Source: Balanoglossus misakiensis
Lineage: Eukaryota > Animalia > Hemichordata
DNA: 64,000 nt
Reading direction: 5' to 3'
NCBI GenBank assembly: GCA_040954595.2
Contig: JBECUI020000048.1
Coordinates: 1-64,000 of the forward strand
Shown piece by piece: positions 51,301 to 64,000 of the stretch. The notes under the pieces were generated by a model. The model was not told where the DNA came from, ran no database searches, and worked only from the letters and a program-made list of their open reading frames with translations. The position numbers and the translations under genes were made by a program. Each line of letters starts with the position of its first letter. The first letter of the stretch is position 1.

Positions 51301-54300
51301 CGACAAAAACCATGATGGTTAACCCATGAAAAATGTTCAAATCGGCCGAAAATCTCGAAATTCGGCAACTCGAAAATTCGCGGTTTTTCGACAAAAACCA
51401 TGATGGTTAACCCATGAAAAATGTTCAAATCGGCCGAAAATCTCAAAATTCGGCAACTCGAAAATTCGCGGTTTTTCGACAAAAACCATGATGGTTAACC
51501 CATGAAAAATGTTCAAATCGGCCGAAAATCTCGAATTTCGGCAACTCGAAAATTCGGGGTTTTTCGACAAAAACCATGATGGTTAACCCATGAAAAATGT
51601 TCAAATCGGCCGAAAATCTCGAAATTCGGCAACTCAAAAATTCGCGGTTTTTCGACAAAAACCATGATGGTTAACCCATGAAAAATGTTCAAATCGGCCG
51701 AAAATCTCGAAATTCGGCAACTCGAAAATTCGCGGTTTTTCGACAAAAACCATGATGGTTAACCCATGAAAAATGTTCAAATCGGCCGAAAATCTCGAAA
51801 TTCGGCAACTCGAAAATTCGCGGTTTTTCGACAAAAACCATGATGGTTAACCCATGAAAAATGTTCAAATCGGCCGAAAATCTCGAAATTCGGCAACTCG
51901 AAAATTCGCGGTTTTTCGACAAAAACCATGATGGTTAACCCATGAAAAATGTTCAAATCGGCCGAAAATCTCGAAATTCGGCAACTCGAAAATTCGCGGT
52001 TTTTCGACAAAAACCATGATGGTTAACCCATGAAAAATGTTCAAATCGGCCGAAAATCTCGAAATTCGGCAACTCGAAAATTCGCGGTTTTTCGACAAAA
52101 ACCATGATGGTTAACCCATGAAAAATGTTCAAATCGGCCGAAAATCTCGGAATTCGGCAACTCGAAAATTCGCGGTTTTTCGACAAAAACCATGATGGTT
52201 AACCCATGAAAAATGTTCAAATCGGCCGAAAATCTCGGAATTCGGCAACTCGAAAATTCGCGGTTTTTCGACAAAAACCATGATGGTTAACCCATGAAAA
52301 ATGTTCAAATCGGCCGAAAATCTCGAAATTCGGCAACTCGAAAATTCGCGGTTTTTCGACAAAAACCATGATGGTTAACCCATGAAAAATGTTCAAATCG
52401 GCCGAAAATCTCGAAATTCGGCAACTCGAAAATTCGCGGTTTTTCGACAAAAACCATGATGGTTAACCCATGAAAAATGTTCAAATCGGCCGAAAATCTC
52501 GAAATTCGGCAACTCGAAAATTCGCGGTTTTTCGACAAAAACCATGATGGTTAACCCATGAAAAATGTTCAAATCGGCCGAAAATCTCGAAATTCGGCAA
52601 CTCGAAAATTCGCGGTTTTTCGACAAAAACCATGATGGTTAACCCATGAAAAATGTTCAAATCGGCCGAAAATCTCGAAATTCGGCAACTCGAAAATTCG
52701 CGGTTTTTCGACAAAAACCATGATGGTTAACCCATGAAAAATGTTCAAATCGGCCGAAAATCTCGAAATTCGGCAACTCGAAAATTCGCGGTTTTTCGAC
52801 AAAAACCATGATGGTTAACCCATGAAAAATGTTCAAATCGGCCGAAAATCTCGGAATTCGGCAACTCGAAAATTCGCGGTTTTTCGACAAAAACCATGAT
52901 GGTTAACCCATGAAAAATGTTCAAATCGGCCGAAAATCTCGGAATTCGGCAACTCGAAAATTCGCGGTTTTTCGACAAAAACCATGATGGTTAACCCATG
53001 AAAAATGTTCAAATCGGCCGAAAATCTCGAAATTCGGCTACTCGAAAATTCGCGGTTTTTCGACAAAAACCATGATGGTTAACCCATGAAAAATGTTCAA
53101 ATCGGCCGAAAATCTCGAAATTCGGCAACTCGAAAATTCGCGGTTTTTCGACAAAAACCATGATGGTTAACCCATGAAAAATGTTCAAATCGGCCGAAAA
53201 TCTCAAAATTCGGCAACTCGAAAATTCGCGGTTTTTCGACAAAAACCATGATGGTTAACCCATGAAAAATGTTCAAATCGGCCGAAAATCTCGAATTTCG
53301 GCAACTCGAAAATTCGGGGTTTTTCGACAAAAACCATGATGGTTAACCCATGAAAAATGTTCAAATCGGCCGAAAATCTCGAAATTCGGCAACTCAAAAA
53401 TTCGCGGTTTTTCGACAAAAACCATGATGGTTAACCCATGAAAAATGTTCAAATCGGCCGAAAATCTCGAAATTCGGCAACTCGAAAATTCGCGGTTTTT
53501 CGACAAAAACCATGATGGTTAACCCATGAAAAATGTTCAAATCGGCCGAAAATCTCGAAATTCGGCAACTCGAAAATTCGCGGTTTTTCGACAAAAACCA
53601 TGATGGTTAACCCATGAAAAATGTTCAAATCGGCCGAAAATCTCGAAATTCGGCAACTCGAAAATTCGCGGTTTTTCGACAAAAACCATGATGGTTAACC
53701 CATGAAAAATGTTCAAATCGGCCGAAAATCTCGAAATTCGGCAACTCGAAAATTCGCGGTTTTTCGACAAAAACCATGATGGTTAACCCATGAAAAATGT
53801 TCAAATCGGCCGAAAATCTCGAAATTCGGCAACTCGAAAATTCGCGGTTTTTCGACAAAAACCATGATGGTTAACCCATGAAAAATGTTCAAATCGGCCG
53901 AAAATCTCGGAATTCGGCAACTCGAAAATTCGCGGTTTTTCGACAAAAACCATGATGGTTAACCCATGAAAAATGTTCAAATCGGCCGAAAATCTCGGAA
54001 TTCGGCAACTCGAAAATTCGCGGTTTTTCGACAAAAACCATGATGGTTAACCCATGAAAAATGTTCAAATCGGCCGAAAATCTCGAAATTCGGCAACTCG
54101 AAAATTCGCGGTTTTTCGACAAAAACCATGATGGTTAACCCATGAAAAATGTTCAAATCGGCCGAAAATCTCGAAATTCGGCAACTCGAAAATTCGCGGT
54201 TTTTCGACAAAAACCATGATGGTTAACCCATGAAAAATGTTCAAATCGGCCGAAAATCTCGAAATTCGGCAACTCGAAAATTCGCGGTTTTTCGACAAAA

Positions 54301-57300
54301 ACCATGATGGTTAACCCATGAAAAATGTTCAAATCGGCCGAAAATCTCGAAATTCGGCAACTCGAAAATTCGCGGTTTTTCGACAAAAACCATGATGGTT
54401 AACCCATGAAAAATGTTCAAATCGGCCGAAAATCTCGAAATTCGGCAACTCGAAAATTCGCGGTTTTTCGACAAAAACCATGATGGTTAACCCATGAAAA
54501 ATGTTCAAATCGGCCGAAAATCTCGAAATTCGGCAACTCGAAAATTCGCGGTTTTTCGACAAAAACCATGATGGTTAACCCATGAAAAATGTTCAAATCG
54601 GCCGAAAATCTCGGAATTCGGCAACTCGAAAATTCGCGGTTTTTCGACAAAAACCATGATGGTTAACCCATGAAAAATGTTCAAATCGGCCGAAAATCTC
54701 GGAATTCGGCAACTCGAAAATTCGCGGTTTTTCGACAAAAACCATGATGGTTAACCCATGAAAAATGTTCAAATCGGCCGAAAATCTCGAAATTCGGCTA
54801 CTCGAAAATTCGCGGTTTTTCGACAAAAACCATGATGGTTAACCCATGAAAAATGTTCAAATCGGCCGAAAATCTCGAAATTCGGCAACTCGAAAATTCG
54901 CGGTTTTTCGACAAAAACCATGATGGTTAACCCATGAAAAATGTTCAAATCGGCCGAAAATCTCAAAATTCGGCAACTCGAAAATTCGCGGTTTTTCGAC
55001 AAAAACCATGATGGTTAACCCATGAAAAATGTTCAAATCGGCCGAAAATCTCGAATTTCGGCAACTCGAAAATTCGGGGTTTTTCGACAAAAACCATGAT
55101 GGTTAACCCATGAAAAATGTTCAAATCGGCCGAAAATCTCGAAATTCGGCAACTCAAAAATTCGCGGTTTTTCGACAAAAACCATGATGGTTAACCCATG
55201 AAAAATGTTCAAATCGGCCGAAAATCTCGAAATTCGGCAACTCGAAAATTCGCGGTTTTTCGACAAAAACCATGATGGTTAACCCATGAAAAATGTTCAA
55301 ATCGGCCGAAAATCTCGAAATTCGGCAACTCGAAAATTCGCGGTTTTTCGACAAAAACCATGATGGTTAACCCATGAAAAATGTTCAAATCGGCCGAAAA
55401 TCTCGAAATTCGGCAACTCGAAAATTCGCGGTTTTTCGACAAAAACCATGATGGTTAACCCATGAAAAATGTTCAAATCGGCCGAAAATCTCGAAATTCG
55501 GCAACTCGAAAATTCGCGGTTTTTCGACAAAAACCATGATGGTTAACCCATGAAAAATGTTCAAATCGGCCGAAAATCTCGAAATTCGGCAACTCGAAAA
55601 TTCGCGGTTTTTCGACAAAAACCATGATGGTTAACCCATGAAAAATGTTCAAATCGGCCGAAAATCTCGGAATTCGGCAACTCGAAAATTCGCGGTTTTT
55701 CGACAAAAACCATGATGGTTAACCCATGAAAAATGTTCAAATCGGCCGAAAATCTCGGAATTCGGCAACTCGAAAATTCGCGGTTTTTCGACAAAAACCA
55801 TGATGGTTAACCCATGAAAAATGTTCAAATCGGCCGAAAATCTCGAAATTCGGCAACTCGAAAATTCGCGGTTTTTCGACAAAAACCATGATGGTTAACC
55901 CATGAAAAATGTTCAAATCGGCCGAAAATCTCGAAATTCGGCAACTCGAAAATTCGCGGTTTTTCGACAAAAACCATGATGGTTAACCCATGAAAAATGT
56001 TCAAATCGGCCGAAAATCTCGAAATTCGGCAACTCGAAAATTCGCGGTTTTTCGACAAAAACCATGATGGTTAACCCATGAAAAATGTTCAAATCGGCCG
56101 AAAATCTCGAAATTCGGCAACTCGAAAATTCGCGGTTTTTCGACAAAAACCATGATGGTTAACCCATGAAAAATGTTCAAATCGGCCGAAAATCTCGAAA
56201 TTCGGCAACTCGAAAATTCGCGGTTTTTCGACAAAAACCATGATGGTTAACCCATGAAAAATGTTCAAATCGGCCGAAAATCTCGAAATTCGGCAACTCG
56301 AAAATTCGCGGTTTTTCGACAAAAACCATGATGGTTAACCCATGAAAAATGTTCAAATCGGCCGAAAATCTCGGAATTCGGCAACTCGAAAATTCGCGGT
56401 TTTTCGACAAAAACCATGATGGTTAACCCATGAAAAATGTTCAAATCGGCCGAAAATCTCGGAATTCGGCAACTCGAAAATTCGCGGTTTTTCGACAAAA
56501 ACCATGATGGTTAACCCATGAAAAATGTTCAAATCGGCCGAAAATCTCGAAATTCGGCTACTCGAAAATTCGCGGTTTTTCGACAAAAACCATGATGGTT
56601 AACCCATGAAAAATGTTCAAATCGGCCGAAAATCTCGAAATTCGGCAACTCGAAAATTCGCGGTTTTTCGACAAAAACCATGATGGTTAACCCATGAAAA
56701 ATGTTCAAATCGGCCGAAAATCTCAAAATTCGGCAACTCGAAAATTCGCGGTTTTTCGACAAAAACCATGATGGTTAACCCATGAAAAATGTTCAAATCG
56801 GCCGAAAATCTCGAATTTCGGCAACTCGAAAATTCGGGGTTTTTCGACAAAAACCATGATGGTTAACCCATGAAAAATGTTCAAATCGGCCGAAAATCTC
56901 GAAATTCGGCAACTCAAAAATTCGCGGTTTTTCGACAAAAACCATGATGGTTAACCCATGAAAAATGTTCAAATCGGCCGAAAATCTCGAAATTCGGCAA
57001 CTCGAAAATTCGCGGTTTTTCGACAAAAACCATGATGGTTAACCCATGAAAAATGTTCAAATCGGCCGAAAATCTCGAAATTCGGCAACTCGAAAATTCG
57101 CGGTTTTTCGACAAAAACCATGATGGTTAACCCATGAAAAATGTTCAAATCGGCCGAAAATCTCGAAATTCGGCAACTCGAAAATTCGCGGTTTTTCGAC
57201 AAAAACCATGATGGTTAACCCATGAAAAATGTTCAAATCGGCCGAAAATCTCGAAATTCGGCAACTCGAAAATTCGCGGTTTTTCGACAAAAACCATGAT

Positions 57301-60300
57301 GGTTAACCCATGAAAAATGTTCAAATCGGCCGAAAATCTCGAAATTCGGCAACTCGAAAATTCGCGGTTTTTCGACAAAAACCATGATGGTTAACCCATG
57401 AAAAATGTTCAAATCGGCCGAAAATCTCGGAATTCGGCAACTCGAAAATTCGCGGTTTTTCGACAAAAACCATGATGGTTAACCCATGAAAAATGTTCAA
57501 ATCGGCCGAAAATCTCGGAATTCGGCAACTCGAAAATTCGCGGTTTTTCGACAAAAACCATGATGGTTAACCCATGAAAAATGTTCAAATCGGCCGAAAA
57601 TCTCGAAATTCGGCAACTCGAAAATTCGCGGTTTTTCGACAAAAACCATGATGGTTAACCCATGAAAAATGTTCAAATCGGCCGAAAATCTCGAAATTCG
57701 GCAACTCGAAAATTCGCGGTTTTTCGACAAAAACCATGATGGTTAACCCATGAAAAATGTTCAAATCGGCCGAAAATCTCGAAATTCGGCAACTCGAAAA
57801 TTCGCGGTTTTTCGACAAAAACCATGATGGTTAACCCATGAAAAATGTTCAAATCGGCCGAAAATCTCGAAATTCGGCAACTCGAAAATTCGCGGTTTTT
57901 CGACAAAAACCATGATGGTTAACCCATGAAAAATGTTCAAATCGGCCGAAAATCTCGAAATTCGGCAACTCGAAAATTCGCGGTTTTTCGACAAAAACCA
58001 TGATGGTTAACCCATGAAAAATGTTCAAATCGGCCGAAAATCTCGAAATTCGGCAACTCGAAAATTCGCGGTTTTTCGACAAAAACCATGATGGTTAACC
58101 CATGAAAAATGTTCAAATCGGCCGAAAATCTCGGAATTCGGCAACTCGAAAATTCGCGGTTTTTCGACAAAAACCATGATGGTTAACCCATGAAAAATGT
58201 TCAAATCGGCCGAAAATCTCGGAATTCGGCAACTCGAAAATTCGCGGTTTTTCGACAAAAACCATGATGGTTAACCCATGAAAAATGTTCAAATCGGCCG
58301 AAAATCTCGAAATTCGGCTACTCGAAAATTCGCGGTTTTTCGACAAAAACCATGATGGTTAACCCATGAAAAATGTTCAAATCGGCCGAAAATCTCGAAA
58401 TTCGGCAACTCGAAAATTCGCGGTTTTTCGACAAAAACCATGATGGTTAACCCATGAAAAATGTTCAAATCGGCCGAAAATCTCAAAATTCGGCAACTCG
58501 AAAATTCGCGGTTTTTCGACAAAAACCATGATGGTTAACCCATGAAAAATGTTCAAATCGGCCGAAAATCTCGAATTTCGGCAACTCGAAAATTCGGGTT
58601 TTTCGACAAAAACCATGATGGTTAACCCATGAAAAATGTTCAAATCGGCCGAAAATCTCGAAATTCGGCAACTCAAAAATTCGCGGTTTTTCGACAAAAA
58701 CCATGATGGTTAACCCATGAAAAATGTTCAAATCGGCCGAAAATCTCGAAATTCGGCAACTCGAAAATTCGCGGTTTTTCGACAAAAACCATGATGGTTA
58801 ACCCATGAAAAATGTTCAAATCGGCCGAAAATCTCGAAATTCGGCAACTCGAAAATTCGCGGTTTTTCGACAAAAACCATGATGGTTAAACCCATGAAAA
58901 ATGTTCAAATCGGCCGAAAATCTCGAAATTCGGCAACTCGAAAATTCGCGGTTTTTCGACAAAAACCATGATGGTTAACCCATGAAAAATGTTCAAATCG
59001 GCCGAAAATCTCGAAATTCGGCAACTCGAAAATTCGCGGTTTTTCGACAAAAACCATGATGGTTAACCCATGAAAAATGTTCAAATCGGCCGAAAATCTC
59101 GAAATTCGGCAACTCGAAAATTCGCGGTTTTTCGACAAAAACCATGATGGTTAACCCATGAAAAATGTTCAAATCGGCCGAAAATCTCGAATTCGGCAAC
59201 TCGAAAATTCGCGGTTTTTCGACAAAAACCATGATGGTTAACCCATGAAAAATGTTCAAATCGGCCGAAAATCTCGGAATTCGGCAACTCGAAAATTCGC
59301 GGTTTTTCGACAAAAACCATGATGGTTAACCCATGAAAAATGTTCAAATCGGCCGAAAATCTCGAAATTCGGCAACTCGAAAATTCGCGGTTTTTCGACA
59401 AAAACCATGATGGTTAACCCATGAAAAATGTTCAAATCGGCCGAAAATCTCGAAATTCGGCAACTCGAAAATTCGCGGTTTTTCGACAAAAACCATGATG
59501 GTTAACCCATGAAAAATGTTCAAATCGGCCGAAAATCTCGAAATTCGGCAACTCGAAAATTCGCGGTTTTTCGACAAAAACCATGATGGTTAACCCATGA
59601 AAAATGTTCAAATCGGCCGAAAATCTCGAAATTCGGCAACTCGAAAATTCGCGGTTTTTCGACAAAAACCATGATGGTTAACCCATGAAAAATGTTCAAA
59701 TCGGCCGAAAATCTCGAAATTCGGCAACTCGAAAATTCGCGGTTTTTCGACAAAAACCATGATGGTTAACCCATGAAAAATGTTCAAATCGGCCGAAAAT
59801 CTCGGAATTCGGCAACTCGAAAATTCGCGGTTTTTCGACAAAAACCATGATGGTTAACCCATGAAAAATGTTCAAATCGGCCGAAAATCTCGGAATTCGG
59901 CAACTCGAAAATTCGCGGTTTTTCGACAAAAACCATGATGGTTAACCCATGAAAAATGTTCAAATCGGCCGAAAATCTCGAAATTCGGCTACTCGAAAAT
60001 TCGCGGTTTTTCGACAAAAACCATGATGGTTAACCCATGAAAAATGTTCAAATCGGCCGAAAATCTCGAAATTCGGCAACTCGAAAATTCGCGGTTTTTC
60101 GACAAAAACCATGATGGTTAACCCATGAAAAATGTTCAAATCGGCCGAAAATCTCAAAATTCGGCAACTCGAAAATTCGCGGTTTTTCGACAAAAACCAT
60201 GATGGTTAACCCATGAAAAATGTTCAAATCGGCCGAAAATCTCGAATTTCGGCAACTCGAAAATTCGGGGTTTTTCGACAAAAACCATGATGGTTAACCC

Positions 60301-63300
60301 ATGAAAAATGTTCAAATCGGCCGAAAATCTCGGAAATTCGGCAACTCGAAAATTCGCGGTTTTTCGACAAAAACCATGATGGTTAACCCATGAAAAATGT
60401 TCAAATCGGCCGAAAATCTCGGAATTCGGCAACTCGAAAATTCGCGGTTTTTCGACAAAAACCATGATGGTTAACCCATGAAAAATGTTCAAATCGGCCG
60501 AAAATCTCGAAATTCGGCAACTCGAAAATTCGCGGTTTTTCGACAAAAACCATGATGGTTAACCCATGAAAAATGTTCAAATCGGCCGAAAATCTCGAAA
60601 TTCGGCAACTCAAAAATTCGCGGTTTTTCGACAAAAACCATGATGGTTAACCCATGAAAAATGTTCAAATCGGCCGAAAATCTCGAAATTCGGCAACTCG
60701 AAAATTCGCGGTTTTTCGACAAAAACCATGATGGTTAACCCATGAAAAATGTTCAAATCGGCCGAAAATCTCGAAATTCGGCAACTCGAAAATTCGCTGT
60801 TTTTCGACAAAAACCATGATGGTTAACCCATGAAAAATGTTCAAATCGGCCGAAAATCTCGAAATTCGGCAACTCGAAAATTCGCGGTTTTTCGACAAAA
60901 ACCATGATGGTTAACCCATGAAAAATGTTCAAATCGGCCGAAAATCTCGAAATTCGGCAACTCGAAAATTCGCGGTTTTTCGACAAAAACCATGATGGTT
61001 AACCCATGAAAAATGTTCAAATCGGCCGAAAATCTCGAAATTCGGCAACTCGAAAATTCGCGGTTTTTCGACAAAAACCATGATGGTTAACCCATGAAAA
61101 ATGTTCAAATCGGCCGAAAATCTCGAAATTCGGCAACTCGAAAATTCGCGGTTTTTCGACAAAAACCATGATGGTTAACCCATGAAAAATGTTCAAATCG
61201 GCCAAAAATCTCGAAATTCGGCAACTCGAAAATTCGCGGTTTTTCGACAAAAACCATGATGGTTAACCCATGAAAAATGTTCAAATCGGCCGAAAATCTC
61301 GAAATTCGGCAACTCGAAAATTCGCGGTTTTTCGACAAAAACCATGATGGTTAACCCATGAAAAATGTTCAAATCGGCCGAAAATCTCGGAATTCGGCAA
61401 CTCGAAAATTCGCGGTTTTTCGACAAAAACCATGATGGTTAACCCATGAAAAATGTTCAAATCGGCCGAAAATCTCGGAATTCGGCAACTCGAAAATTCG
61501 CGGTTTTTCGACAAAAACCATGATGGTTAACCCATGAAAAATGTTCAAATCGGCCGAAAATCTCGAAATTCGGCAACTCGAAAATTCGCGGTTTTTCGAC
61601 AAAAACCATGATGGTTAACCCATGAAAAATGTTCAAATCGGCCGAAAATCTCGAAATTCGGCAACTCGAAAATTCGCGGTTTTTCGACAAAAACCATGAT
61701 GGTTAACCCATGAAAAATGTTCAAATCGGCCGAAAATCTCGAAATTCGGCAACTCGAAAATTCGCGGTTTTTCGACAAAAACCATGATGGTTAACCCATG
61801 AAAAATGTTCAAATCGGCCGAAAATCTCGAAATTCGGCAACTCGAAAATTCGCGGTTTTTCGACAAAAACCATGATGGTTAACCCATGAAAAATGTTCAA
61901 ATCGGCCGAAAATCTCGAAATTCGGCAACTCGAAAATTCGCGGTTTTTCGACAAAAACCATGATGGTTAACCCATGAAAAATGTTCAAATCGGCCGAAAA
62001 TCTCGGAATTCGGCAACTCGAAAATTCGCGGTTTTTCGACAAAAACCATGATGGTTAACCCATGAAAAATGTTCAAATCGGCCGAAAATCTCGGAATTCG
62101 GCAACTCGAAAATTCGCGGTTTTTTCGACAAAAACCATGATGGTTAACCCATGAAAAATGTTCAAATCGGCCGAAAATCTCGGAATTCGGCAACTCGAAA
62201 ATTCGCGGTTTTTCGACAAAAACCATGATGGTTAACCCATGAAAAATGTTCAAATCGGCCGAAAATCTCGAAATTCGGCAACTCGAAAATTCGCGGTTTT
62301 TCGACAAAAACCATGATGGTTAACCCATGAAAAATGTTCAAATCGGCCGAAAATCTCGAAATTCGGCAACTCGAAAATTCGCGGTTTTTCGACAAAAACC
62401 ATGATGGTTAACCCATGAAAAATGTTCAAATCGGCCGAAAATCTCGAAATTCGGCAACTCGAAAATTCGCGGTTTTTTCGACAAAAACCATGATGGTTAA
62501 CCCATGAAAAATGTTCAAATCGGCCGAAAATCTCGAAATTCGGCAACTCGAAAATTCGCGGTTTTTCGACAAAAACCATGATGGTTAACCCATGAAAAAT
62601 GTTCAAATCGGCCGAAAATCTCGAAATTCGGCAACTCGAAAATTCGCGGTTTTTCGACAAAAACCATGATGGTTAACCCATGAAAAATGTTCAAATCGGC
62701 CGAAAATCTCGGAATTCGGCAACTCGAAAATTCGCGGTTTTTCGACAAAAACCATGATGGTTAACCCATGAAAAATGTTCAAATCGGCCGAAAATCTCGG
62801 AATTCGGCAACTCGAAAATTCGCGGTTTTTCGACAAAAACCATGATGGTTAACCCATGAAAAATGTTCAAATCGGCCGAAAATCTCGAAATTCGGCTACT
62901 CGAAAATTCGCGGTTTTTCGACAAAAACCATGATGGTTAACCCATGAAAAATGTTCAAATCGGCCGAAAATCTCGAAATTCGGCAACTCGAAAATTCGCG
63001 GTTTTTCGACAAAAACCATGATGGTTAACCCATGAAAAATGTTCAAATCGGCCGAAAATCTCAAAATTCGGCAACTCGAAAATTCGCGGTTTTTCGACAA
63101 AAACCATGATGGTTAACCCATGAAAAATGTTCAAATCGGCCGAAAATCTCGAATTTCGGCAACTCGAAAATTCGGGTTTTTCGACAAAAACCATGATGGT
63201 TAACCCATGAAAAATGTTCAAATCGGCCGAAAATCTCGGAATTCGGCAACTCGAAAATTCGCGGTTTTTCGACAAAAACCATGATGGTTAACCCATGAAA

Positions 63301-64000
63301 AATGTTCAAATCGGCCGAAAATCTCGGAATTCGGCAACTCGAAATTCGCGGTTTTTCGACAAAAACCATGATGGGTAACCCATGAAAAATGTTCAAATCG
63401 GCCGAAAATCTCGGAATTCGGCAACTCGAAAATTCGCGGTTTTTCGACAAAAACCATGATGGTTAACCCATGAAAAATGTTCAAATCGGCCGAAAATCTC
63501 GGAATTCGGCAACTCGAAAATTCGCGGTTTTCGACAAAAACCATGATGGTTAACCCATGAAAAATGTTCAAATCGGCCGAAAATCTCGGAATTCGGCAAC
63601 TCGAAAATTCGCGGTTTTTCGACAAAAACCATGATGGTTAACCCATGAAAAATGTTCAAATCGGCCGAAAATCTCGAAATTCGGAACCCGAAAATTCGCG
63701 GTTTTTCGACAAAAACCATGATGGTTAACCCATGAAAAATGTTTAAATCGGCCGAAAATCTCGAAATTCGGCAACTCGAAAATTCGCGGTTTTTCGACAA
63801 AACCATGATGGTTAACCCATGAAAAATGTTCAAATCGGTCGAAAATCTCGAAATTCGGCAACCCGAAAATTCGCGGTTTTTCGACAAAAACCATGATGGT
63901 TAACCCATGAAAAATGTTCAAATCGGCCGAAAATCTCGAAATTCGGCAACTCGAAAATTCGCGGTTTTTCGACAAAAACCATGATGGTTAACCCATGAAA
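48313..64000 (+). repeat. 88-bp tandem satellite array (~178 monomers, runs off the window) with a 1760-bp higher-order repeat
   Basis: Core monomer AAAAACCATGATGGTTAACCCATGAAAAATGTTCAAATCGGCCGAAAATCTCGAAATTCGGCAACTCGAAAATTCGCGGTTTTTCGAC. ORF-track entries recur every 88 bp and rare variants every 1760 bp. Confidence 0.98.

Noticed and set aside
48300-63975. Some 170 near-identical minus-strand ORFs (MSKNREFSSCRISRF...)
   Set aside because: By-product of an 88-bp repeat cycling through three frames. Starts are non-ATG, no domain is recognisable, and longer versions arise only at indels.
48313-64000. CRISPR array interpretation
   Set aside because: No unique spacers, no cas genes, eukaryotic context.
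48313-64000. CENP-B box or telomeric repeat within the monomer
   Set aside because: Best CENP-B-like match (TTCGAGATTTTCGGC, minus strand) misses 2 of 9 essential bases. There is only one TAACCC hexamer per monomer, not a telomeric tract.

Overview
Intron-rich animal genomic DNA; gene content and repeat style suggest a marine invertebrate, probably a deuterostome (inference). Three blocks. (1) A minus-strand ovo/OVOL gene with 4 coding exons (16297-16216, 13869-13676, 8868-8577, 8464-8172). Splice phases chain into one 286-aa ORF with an N-terminal SNAG motif and 4 C2H2 fingers, and the locus is densely marked by the Ovo-binding hexamer CCGTTA. (2) A plus-strand gene with 23 coding exons (31154-46224) encoding a ~1206-aa secreted protein: a signal peptide plus 11 group-A SRCR domains, each split into two exons at the same position. 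One intron holds a 1307-bp non-autonomous DNA transposon with long TIRs and a 5-bp TSD. (3) From ~48123 to the window end, an 88-bp CpG-rich satellite. It opens with a perfect inversion palindrome, grades from an edge variant into a core variant, and is organised as a 20-monomer (1760-bp) higher-order repeat. Also present: a TTAA-flanked MITE, microsatellites and several candidate cis-elements. No rRNA, tRNA or CRISPR features were seen. Coordinates and counts were read by hand; no database searches were run.
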